Shown here: one piece after another, positions 1 through 7,518 of the stretch
How the letters are laid out: the number at the start of each line of letters is the position of its first letter
Numbering within the stretch: the stretch's first letter is position 1
DNA from: Candidatus Equicola stercoris
Lineage (GTDB): Bacteria; Bacteroidota; Bacteroidia; Bacteroidales; Bacteroidaceae
Assembly: GCA_018065415.1 (NCBI GenBank)
Contig: JAGHTI010000013.1
Location: 1-61,710 of the forward strand
DNA length: 61,710 bases
Reading direction: 5' to 3'
Notes under the pieces: model-generated
The model's input: the letters and a program-made list of their open reading frames with translations, nothing else
What the model was told of the DNA's origin: nothing
Database searches by the model: none
Program-made: the position numbers and the translations under genes

Positions 1-294
1 CCTTAACTTAGGCTGCACCTCAACAGGCAGACATTGAGTATGTATGCTTGCGACGGCTGGAGGTTTATCTCCATGAAGGAGAGCAAACTTGTTTGCCACA
101 AAACTACGTTTTAACGATTTGTTGTAACTTTGACCTTCGGTCGAAGTTAGGCTACATCTCAGTACTACCTACAAAACTGCGTTTTTACTTTTATTGTTCA
201 TAACAATTCACTAAAATAAATTTTGCTCTTGTTATGCAAATAAAAGAAATAAATAAAATTTATTTGGTAGTACATTCGGTTTGCACTAACTTTG
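1..294. repeat. Composite structured intergenic element: hairpin module D (26-81) plus multi-branched element B (125-294)
   Basis: Stems GTACTACC(162-169)/GGTAGTAC(266-273), GACC-TTC-GGTC(132-142) and AAATAAAT/ATTTATTT. Same architecture at 23908-24080; right arm repeated at 42204-42252. Confidence 0.8.
263..294 (+). promoter_or_regulatory. Bacteroidetes housekeeping promoter (-33 TTTG, -7 TAACTTTG)
   Basis: TTTG 263-266, 20-nt spacer, TAACTTTG 287-294, 30 nt upstream of ATG 325. Confidence 0.7.
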
Positions 295-324
295 CAATTA
301 AATATTTATAAAAATAATATCGTC

Positions 325-1530
325 ATGAAAGAGATTGTTAGCAATTTTTTTAAATTCTTTTCAAAGAATCTTATTTTTGCGGTTTTGCTGATGGTAGCAC
401 TTGGCATAGTGCTGGGCTCATACGCACCACTTTGGTTTGTCCGCTTCTTTATTACTTTTAATGGCATTTTCACGTCCATACTGTCTTTCATCGTGCCTGT
501 CTTGATTTTGGCACTCGTCACCTCGTCCATTGCAGAGACGGGGAACGGAGCGAGCAAGATGCTCTTGCTGACGGTAGGACTGGCTTATCTCTCTACTGTA
601 CTTGCCGGACTTTTTGCTTTAGGTGTAAGTGATACATTGTTTCCTCAGATGGTGACGATGCATTCTGGCACCGGTGGTGGAATGGACGGTGTATTGTCGG
701 AAAAAGCCCTTGCACCATACTTCACCTTTGACTTTCCGCCGATGATGGATACGATGTCGGCATTGTTACTGAGTTTCATGCTCGGCCTTACAATGTTGAA
801 GTTCAAACTACCTGTATTGAAAGATGCCGTCATGGAGTTGCGACAGGTGGTGATGGCGGTCATCGGAAAAACCATTATCCCATTACTGCCGATCTTTATA
901 CTTGGTGTGTTTATGAAGATGACCATCGCTGGCGAAATGCGAATTATTACTCACGTCTATCTGAAGATTATTGCTGTCATGGTGGTGATGCTCATGGTGG
1001 TACTGCTCATACAGTATCTCATTGCAGGATGGATAAGCAAGCGCAATCCTTTCATTCTCTTTCATAAGATGTTTCCTGCATTCCTGACGGCATTAGCATC
1101 CAGTTCTTCCGTTGCCACACTGCCAGTATCGCTGCGTTGTGCTGAAAAGATGGGGGCGAGAAAGAATGTTGTAAACTTTGTCATTCCGATGTGTGCAAAC
1201 ATTCATCTGAGCGGTGCATCTGTCAGAACCATTGCCCTTGCCATAGCAACGATGCTGATGTTCAATGTATCCTATTCGTGGATGCAGATGCTGGGGTTCA
1301 TCCTTATCTTCTCTGTTACGGTACTTGCCGCACCAGGCATTCCGGGTGGAGTAATCATGGCAGCCATTGGCATGATAGAATCCATGCTCGGATTCCATGA
1401 TGAGATGATAGGGATAATTGTCACTCTCAGCATTGCTCTCGACAGTGTGGGAACGGCAGTAAACGTCTGCGGTGACGGTGCTCTGATGATGATTGTCAAT
1501 CGCTTTACAGACGAGAAGAAAGGGAAGTAG
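325..1530 (+). CDS. Dicarboxylate/amino acid:cation symporter (DAACS, SstT-like)
   Basis: Multi-pass hydrophobic protein with ASSSSVATLP, ANIHLSG and GTAVNVCGD motifs. ATG 325 preferred over TTG 292. Confidence 0.9.
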   Translation: MKEIVSNFFKFFSKNLIFAVLLMVALGIVLGSYAPLWFVRFFITFNGIFTSILSFIVPVLILALVTSSIAETGNGASKMLLLTVGLAYLSTVLAGLFALGVSDTLFPQMVTMHSGTGGGMDGVLSEKALAPYFTFDFPPMMDTMSALLLSFMLGLTMLKFKLPVLKDAVMELRQVVMAVIGKTIIPLLPIFILGVFMKMTIAGEMRIITHVYLKIIAVMVVMLMVVLLIQYLIAGWISKRNPFILFHKMFPAFLTALASSSSVATLPVSLRCAEKMGARKNVVNFVIPMCANIHLSGASVRTIALAIATMLMFNVSYSWMQMLGFILIFSVTVLAAPGIPGGVIMAAIGMIESMLGFHDEMIGIIVTLSIALDSVGTAVNVCGDGALMMIVNRFTDEKKGK

Positions 1531-1534
1531 CTTA

Positions 1535-1679
1535 GAGGAGGCTTCGCCTACGATAACGATACGCCTTTGGCTACGATACGGCTGAAGCCTACGATAACTT
1601 TATGCTTCACTACGATACGTTATCGTAACGCAGTGTATCGTAGAACCTTGTTCGTATCGTAACGTAGTGTATCGTTATT
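1535..1679. repeat. GTATCGTA/mini-hairpin micro-array A1 (two inverted halves between convergent genes)
   Basis: TACGATA units then TATCGTA units. 1535-1561 is identical to 31410-31436; 1619-1679 is the reverse complement of 50716-50776 with 2 mismatches. Confidence 0.9.
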
Positions 1680-1698
1680 AAGTTTAGAGCTTAGAACC

Positions 1699-4128
1699 TC
1701 AAAATTCGAAAAGTACTCGGAAGTTCAGTTGCCTACCAGTGAGATAGTTCGGTACGGCATACTGCTGATTTGTCACGTCTGTCACCCAATAGTACGAGTT
1801 TACGTTGTTGAACCCGAAGATATTGAAACAATCCAATTCCAACCATATATTGCGGAAGAAGGCATGAGTGTCTTTCTTATGATTATCTCCATCGTCGTTG
1901 TTGTATGCACGGTAACTCATTCCTATATCAACACGTTTGTATGCCGGTGCACGGAACACCTGTTTTTCAAGTCCAGTATGCGGAGGTCCGAAAGGCAGTC
2001 CACCGACGTATGACCCCTTGAGAGTCATCTTCCAGTCGGTAGTACCAGGGAAGAAGTCTGTAAAGAAGAGGTTAGCACTAAGACCTTGATCGGTAGGCAT
2101 CGGTATTGTCTTGCCATTTAGTTTTTGCTTTGCCGCCATGTAGCCAACAGATAGCCATGAGTCTGCACCTGGCACAAATTCCCCGTATATCTTTGCATCA
2201 ATACCGGCAATATAACCAGAACAAAGATTTTCTCCGTAGTACGATATCTTGAGATTGCTCACGTTGTAAGGTATGACATCGCTGAGTGCTTTAAAATAAG
2301 CTTCTGCACTAAACTTATAAGGTCGGTCATTGACACGGAATCGATAGTCAGTGCCAGCGATAAAGTGTATTGAACGCTGACTCTTTATGTTCGGATTGAG
2401 GACAACCCTCGTTACTCCTCCTGTTGTCACTGTGTCGCGCAGTTCCTTGTAGAATGGTGTCTGATAGTACAGACCTGTTGCAAAACGAAATGTGAGGTCG
2501 GGATTGAATTTCGGTATCACCGTCAGCGATGCACGAGGCGACAACAACGACTCACCATTGTAGTCCCAATAAGAGAAACGAAGACCGTAGTTGAGAGTGT
2601 AGAAAGTCTCATTGTTACGCCCCTTGAACTTATAAGTATCTTGCAGAAACACCTCCACCTTGTTCGAGTTTAGACTATTCTTTGAACGCAAGGAATAGAT
2701 AAGGTTCAGTGCATCCGAAGTATGTGGCATGGAATAGCCTGCCGAGTCGCGCATCTCATATTCTCTTGAATCCTCATCCACACGTTCATTCTTGTATGTC
2801 ACACCACCCTTTACAAGATGTCCTTTAAAACGAGTATCAGCAGAAAGTTTCAGTGAAGCAACATTGTAAGTAAGATAGTTGCGTGCATGTTCAAAATACG
2901 TCCCCACCCCAAGGTTTTCCGCCGCACCAGTCTCGTCAAGCCAGTACTGCCCCTGAATGTCGTAGGTCTCCTGTTCCTTAGAGTGGAAAGCAGATGCAGA
3001 GAGCGACACGTTTGTCCTCTCGCCTATATGACGAGTCAGAGCAACACTCCCGAAGAATGTACGGAACAAATCCTTCTCCTGTCCGTCGAAATACACCGTA
3101 AAGGTATGCACATCCTCCAGAGTTCCGAACTTTGTCTCACGGTCGTGAGGTTCAAAGTTATAATGGTTTTCAGAGATGTTGCCGATGATGTCCAGTGTCC
3201 ATGACTTGTTAGGACTCCAACTCAGATACGTCTGGTAGTCCAGTTGGTTAGGACGATATTCGCCTGTCGTCTCCAGAGAACCGAGCAGATAACGTGTAGT
3301 CTTGTAACGCAGACCATTTGTCCAACTGAGCGTCTTTGTGCCAAGTCCGAGATAAGCATTTGCCCCCAGCAGACTACCGCCGACAGCACCTTCGATGTAA
3401 GGTTTTACTTTCGACTTTGATTTAGCGTCAATGTTAAGATTAGGAGTCACCCTCTTATATTTTATATCCAGTGCTGACGACATTTTGTCGGCATACTGAG
3501 CAGCAAAACCGCCAGCAGAGAAACTGATGCTCTCCACCATGTCAGGGTTGATGATGCTCAGTCCCTCCTGCTCACCACTACGTACAAGCATAGGACGATA
3601 AACCTCCACATCATTTATGTAAACAGAGTTTTCATCAAAACTACCGCCACGCACATTATACTGCGACGATAGTTCGTTGTGAGTAGAGACACCAGCCTGT
3701 TGCTGTATCAGTTCCTCTACCCCATTGCCCGTCACAGACGGCATGGTCTTCACACCTTTCACATCAATCTTCTCCTCTGTTCCTGTCTGTCGGCGACGTT
3801 CTGTCACCACCACCTCATTGAGTTCTATGCCCGGCAGGATGATGTTCATTGTCACCGTCCCATGAGGTTTGAACAGAGTCCGCTTGCGAGTCTGATAGCC
3901 AACCATAGAAAAACGAATCTCAACAGAATCCGCACTCTGTAAGGTAATCTTAAACTCCCCTTTGAAGTTGGCCATCTTCACCACACCCTGCTTCACGCAA
4001 GAGATGGTAGCGAGTTCAATCCCGTTACGGTTTTCGTCCGTCACCTTACCTTTCAGCACAAAAGACTCTGCACCACAGAGCATCGTCTGCATACACAAAA
4101 CGAGCAAAACAAATAAGTATCGTTTCAT
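1699..4128 (-). CDS. TonB-dependent outer membrane receptor with N-terminal carboxypeptidase-regulatory-like domain
   Basis: Signal peptide, plug motif YNVRGGSFDENSVYIND, beta-barrel ending in C-terminal Phe. Confidence 0.88.
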   Translation of the reverse strand: MKRYLFVLLVLCMQTMLCGAESFVLKGKVTDENRNGIELATISCVKQGVVKMANFKGEFKITLQSADSVEIRFSMVGYQTRKRTLFKPHGTVTMNIILPGIELNEVVVTERRRQTGTEEKIDVKGVKTMPSVTGNGVEELIQQQAGVSTHNELSSQYNVRGGSFDENSVYINDVEVYRPMLVRSGEQEGLSIINPDMVESISFSAGGFAAQYADKMSSALDIKYKRVTPNLNIDAKSKSKVKPYIEGAVGGSLLGANAYLGLGTKTLSWTNGLRYKTTRYLLGSLETTGEYRPNQLDYQTYLSWSPNKSWTLDIIGNISENHYNFEPHDRETKFGTLEDVHTFTVYFDGQEKDLFRTFFGSVALTRHIGERTNVSLSASAFHSKEQETYDIQGQYWLDETGAAENLGVGTYFEHARNYLTYNVASLKLSADTRFKGHLVKGGVTYKNERVDEDSREYEMRDSAGYSMPHTSDALNLIYSLRSKNSLNSNKVEVFLQDTYKFKGRNNETFYTLNYGLRFSYWDYNGESLLSPRASLTVIPKFNPDLTFRFATGLYYQTPFYKELRDTVTTGGVTRVVLNPNIKSQRSIHFIAGTDYRFRVNDRPYKFSAEAYFKALSDVIPYNVSNLKISYYGENLCSGYIAGIDAKIYGEFVPGADSWLSVGYMAAKQKLNGKTIPMPTDQGLSANLFFTDFFPGTTDWKMTLKGSYVGGLPFGPPHTGLEKQVFRAPAYKRVDIGMSYRAYNNDDGDNHKKDTHAFFRNIWLELDCFNIFGFNNVNSYYWVTDVTNQQYAVPNYLTGRQLNFRVLFEF

Positions 4129-4173
4129 ATTCTACAATTATAATAACACCAAAACTCGTGATTTATTGCATTT

Positions 4174-4222
4174 GCGGTTATACGGTTGTGCGGTTATGCG
4201 GTTATGCGGTTTTACGGTTTGA
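4174..4222. repeat. Imperfect 8-bp tandem array (RCGGTTNT)
   Basis: gcggttat acggttgt gcggttat gcggttat gcggtttt acggttt. Same family inverted at 27873-27921 and 31706-31747. Confidence 0.85.
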
Positions 4223-4226
4223 GGTT

Positions 4227-4355
4227 TTATCGTTATCGTAGTGAAGCGTATCGTAGTGGAACGTATCGTAGTGGAACGTATCGTAGCGAAGCGTATCGTT
4301 ATCGTTATCGTTATCGTAGCGAAGCGTATCGTAGCGTTAGCTTATCGTTATCGTT
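4227..4355. repeat. GTATCGTA/mini-hairpin micro-array A2
   Basis: Units GTGAAGC, GTGGAAC x2, GCGAAGC x2 and GCGTTAGC separated by (G)TATCGTA, with TTATCG hexamer runs. Confidence 0.9.
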
Positions 4356-4389
4356 GACTTTTAAACTTTTTACTTTTTTATTTTTTTTA

Positions 4390-4397
4390 TATCTTTG
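4390..4397 (+). promoter_or_regulatory. -7 promoter box TATCTTTG for the GH53 gene
   Basis: Matches TAnnTTTG about 60 nt upstream of ATG 4460. Confidence 0.55.
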
Positions 4398-4459
4398 TAT
4401 CGTTAACCTAAACCTAAAACCTTTAAACTATTAAACTGTTAAACCTTTAAACTATAATT

Positions 4460-5539
4460 ATGAATTACAAAGTTTTCTTTTCTGCTTTTATTATTTTTAT
4501 CACAGCGTTACTGTTGCCATGTTGTGGCGGAAGTGGTGATGATACGCCCACACCACCAGTTCCCCCTACTCCACCGACTCCAAAAAGTGCCTTCATGACT
4601 GGTGCAGACATCAGTTGGTACACAGAGATGGAGGCAAAGGGATATCAGTTCCAAAATACTGTCGGCGTGAACATGTCGTGTCCGAAACTGATGAGAGACT
4701 ACGGCATGGACATAATACGTCTGCGTGTGTGGGTAAACCCAGTGGAGCATGATAACTGGTGCAACAAGGCTGATGTGCTGACAAAGGCTCTTGCCGTAAA
4801 GGATGCGGGCATGGAGGTGATGATAGACTTCCATTACAGCGATTGGTGGGCAGACCCAGGAAAACAGTATATTCCTGAGGCATGGAAGGGGCATTCAGTG
4901 GAAGAACTGAAAACAGACATCGCCACTCATACCAAAGACATTTTGAATGCGTTGAAGGAAAAAGATGTGACACCAGCATACGTGCAGATAGGCAACGAGA
5001 CGGACGACGGTTTTCTGTGGGAAACAGCAAGGGCAAGCAAGAATCCTGCCAACTATGCAGCATTGCTACAAAGTGGCTACAAGGCAGTGAAGAGTGTGTT
5101 TCCTGAAACTAAAGTCATCATACACATCAGTAATGCTTATAAACTCGACACATACCAATGGCAGATAAAAGACATCTTCCAGAAATACAACGTCGATTAT
5201 GACATCATTGGGATGTCCCTATACCCATCCTATCAGGAAGAGATGGGTGCTACGGCGTGCATAGACAAATACATCAGCAACGTGAAGACTATTTACAACA
5301 CATACAAGAAGGAGTGTATGCTTGTAGAGGTAGGACTGCCTGTTGATGATGCTTCTTCAGCAGCGTTGATGAAAGATATCCTTGAAAAATCAAAGAACCA
5401 CACAGACGGTCATTGTCTCGGTGTACTATACTGGGAGCCAGAGTCGTGGAGTGGCTGGGGTTATGGTCTCGGTGCTTCTACTGCCAACGGCAAGAACGTA
5501 CGACCGAATGCCATACTGAATGTCTTCAAGGAATATTGA
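4460..5539 (+). CDS. GH53 endo-beta-1,4-galactanase, probable lipoprotein
   Basis: GADISW, IRLRVWVNP, DFHYSDWWADPGKQ, VQIGNE and YWEPE motifs; signal peptide ending in Cys followed by a Pro-rich linker. Confidence 0.93.
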   Translation: MNYKVFFSAFIIFITALLLPCCGGSGDDTPTPPVPPTPPTPKSAFMTGADISWYTEMEAKGYQFQNTVGVNMSCPKLMRDYGMDIIRLRVWVNPVEHDNWCNKADVLTKALAVKDAGMEVMIDFHYSDWWADPGKQYIPEAWKGHSVEELKTDIATHTKDILNALKEKDVTPAYVQIGNETDDGFLWETARASKNPANYAALLQSGYKAVKSVFPETKVIIHISNAYKLDTYQWQIKDIFQKYNVDYDIIGMSLYPSYQEEMGATACIDKYISNVKTIYNTYKKECMLVEVGLPVDDASSAALMKDILEKSKNHTDGHCLGVLYWEPESWSGWGYGLGASTANGKNVRPNAILNVFKEY

Positions 5540-5551
5540 AAAGGAGACTTC

Positions 5552-7516
5552 TTATTCTAAAAACTTTTTGCCATTGCGGATATAAACTCCCCTGCGGTGA
5601 GGAGTGTTGACCCTCTGTCCTTGCAGGTTATAGACAGGACCATTGTCAATTGTCAATTGTCCATTTTCAATTACTTTTATTCCTGTCGGTGCATCAACTT
5701 TCTCAACCTTGTATTTCGTCCCTGTCTGTGAGGTTTTGATGACATAATAACTGTCTTCCGTGATGTTGACCACGTCCACCGTCTGAGGTGTACCACTACC
5801 AGTACTGAAGACAGCATTCACACAATAGTCTTTCGACGTTATGTTCACCGTCTGACAGAGCCATGTGTAGTCGCCCACCTCCTTTGTTGCCGTGACAGCC
5901 TTTCCCGGCCAACTGCCGTTGAGTTGCGTGCCATTCTTATCCCACAGATAGAAATTTGTCGTATTCCACGTATTCTCATTACGCACATAGACAGTGGCAG
6001 TATGCGGCTGGAATGGAGTGATGGTGTATCGGCGTTCCACGATGCTTGTGCGCCCTCCGTCTATGGACAGGGCAAGACGCAAAGTGCAGTTCTGCGTGAT
6101 AGTGAGCGTTGAAGGAGCATCCGTCCAGTCTCCGTCATCGAGTTGATAGACGAGTTGTGCGGAATTATTGTCCGTAACGGCTTTGAGGTTTACGGTAAAC
6201 GCCTTTTCATAATCTCCTGACGCCTTGTCTATCCATGCAGTATTCGTCGTGTTCGACAGATAGTATTTATAATGGTATCCGGAGAGTATCTCCGTAAAAT
6301 CCGTTGCCGACGGTTTGTAGGCATTCACACCCGGTCCGATGACAGCAATCATTTTTCCCTTATCGCCGTTGCCCTGAACGGCATAGAAATAAGGTTGCGT
6401 GGTAATCTGCGAATGTTTGCTCGTTGCCGTTATCCCTGCCGTATGGCGTGCATCAATCATTGCCTTTATGTCCTGCTTATAGTCCTGCCAATGTTTGAGG
6501 AATACACAAGGAGTGCCAGGCATGACAAGAAGGAAGGCATTGGCAGCAAGAGTATCCTTTTTTAGAGGGTCTTGCTGTGCAGTACTGCTGCGGTATTCGG
6601 TATCATGATTTTCCACGAATGTTACAGCGTATGATTTAAAATCCTCGTCATAAATCATCGGTTTGCCATCAGTACCCTCAGAGGAAGCCGACAGTTTCGA
6701 CCAGTTATTGCCGTTGGCAGCATCACGCACACGGTAACGAAACTGGAAGTCGAAAGCAGACGACGTATAGTCAGTACCCTTTATCCAGTTTTTTATCTTT
6801 GAAGTGCCGTCCCAGTATTCTCCTACAGAGAACTTTGGAGAAACGGCATTGTTATATTCTTTAGTAAACGATGCGGAATACCCCTTTACCATATCATAAC
6901 GGAAACCATGATACCCCAAATCGTTGAGAAGGTATGAGAGATATACCTTCAGGACACTGTTCACATTGCTGCTATGATGGTCGAGGTCACGGCAGCCGTC
7001 CCAGTCCTCGCCTGTATCGGCATTGTTGCTGAGACTGTATCCATTGGATTTTGCCCATGTGAGTGTCTTTCCCTTATCATCATTACTGCATATATCGGTG
7101 GAATACATTGTGTATGTATTGCCGTTATATGTCTCTGCGGGATAGTCAACCCATGACCCGCCGACACCGAGATTGTTACGATGATTGATAACAACATCGG
7201 CAATGATACCGGTACCTTTAGCCTTGAAGGCGTTTATCATGGAACGCAGTTGCTTCTCTGTTCCGAAAGAACTGTCATGATAGAAATAATATACCGGCGT
7301 ATATCCCATCTGATTGTAATCGCTGTTGCAGTTGCCACTCTGCGGTACCCAGATGAGAGAAAAATACTGCGAGAGTTCATCGGCTTGTTTTTCAAGATTA
7401 CTCCACTGGGTATCCACGAAAGAATCCCAGTAGAAACCCTGTAACATTACATTACTAAAAACATTGGTTGCAGTCAATGCTGCAACCAATGTAATGATAA
7501 TTCTATGCTTTTTCAT
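5552..7516 (-). CDS. Secreted GH13 alpha-amylase with C-terminal starch-binding module (CBM26-like) and T9SS-type tail
   Basis: VMLQGFYWD, DVVINHR, GFRYDMVKG, GEYWD and FVENHDT; YLWD...GSWPG module; C-terminal YNLQGQRV...GVYIRNGKK. Confidence 0.92.
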   Translation of the reverse strand: MKKHRIIITLVAALTATNVFSNVMLQGFYWDSFVDTQWSNLEKQADELSQYFSLIWVPQSGNCNSDYNQMGYTPVYYFYHDSSFGTEKQLRSMINAFKAKGTGIIADVVINHRNNLGVGGSWVDYPAETYNGNTYTMYSTDICSNDDKGKTLTWAKSNGYSLSNNADTGEDWDGCRDLDHHSSNVNSVLKVYLSYLLNDLGYHGFRYDMVKGYSASFTKEYNNAVSPKFSVGEYWDGTSKIKNWIKGTDYTSSAFDFQFRYRVRDAANGNNWSKLSASSEGTDGKPMIYDEDFKSYAVTFVENHDTEYRSSTAQQDPLKKDTLAANAFLLVMPGTPCVFLKHWQDYKQDIKAMIDARHTAGITATSKHSQITTQPYFYAVQGNGDKGKMIAVIGPGVNAYKPSATDFTEILSGYHYKYYLSNTTNTAWIDKASGDYEKAFTVNLKAVTDNNSAQLVYQLDDGDWTDAPSTLTITQNCTLRLALSIDGGRTSIVERRYTITPFQPHTATVYVRNENTWNTTNFYLWDKNGTQLNGSWPGKAVTATKEVGDYTWLCQTVNITSKDYCVNAVFSTGSGTPQTVDVVNITEDSYYVIKTSQTGTKYKVEKVDAPTGIKVIENGQLTIDNGPVYNLQGQRVNTPHRRGVYIRNGKKFLE

Positions 7517-7518
7517 TA

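Noticed and set aside
4186-4434. ORFs with repetitive peptides (also 23484-23876, 31595-31831, 50767-50985)
   Set aside because: They are translations of the noncoding repeat arrays and hairpin modules, with no protein family features.
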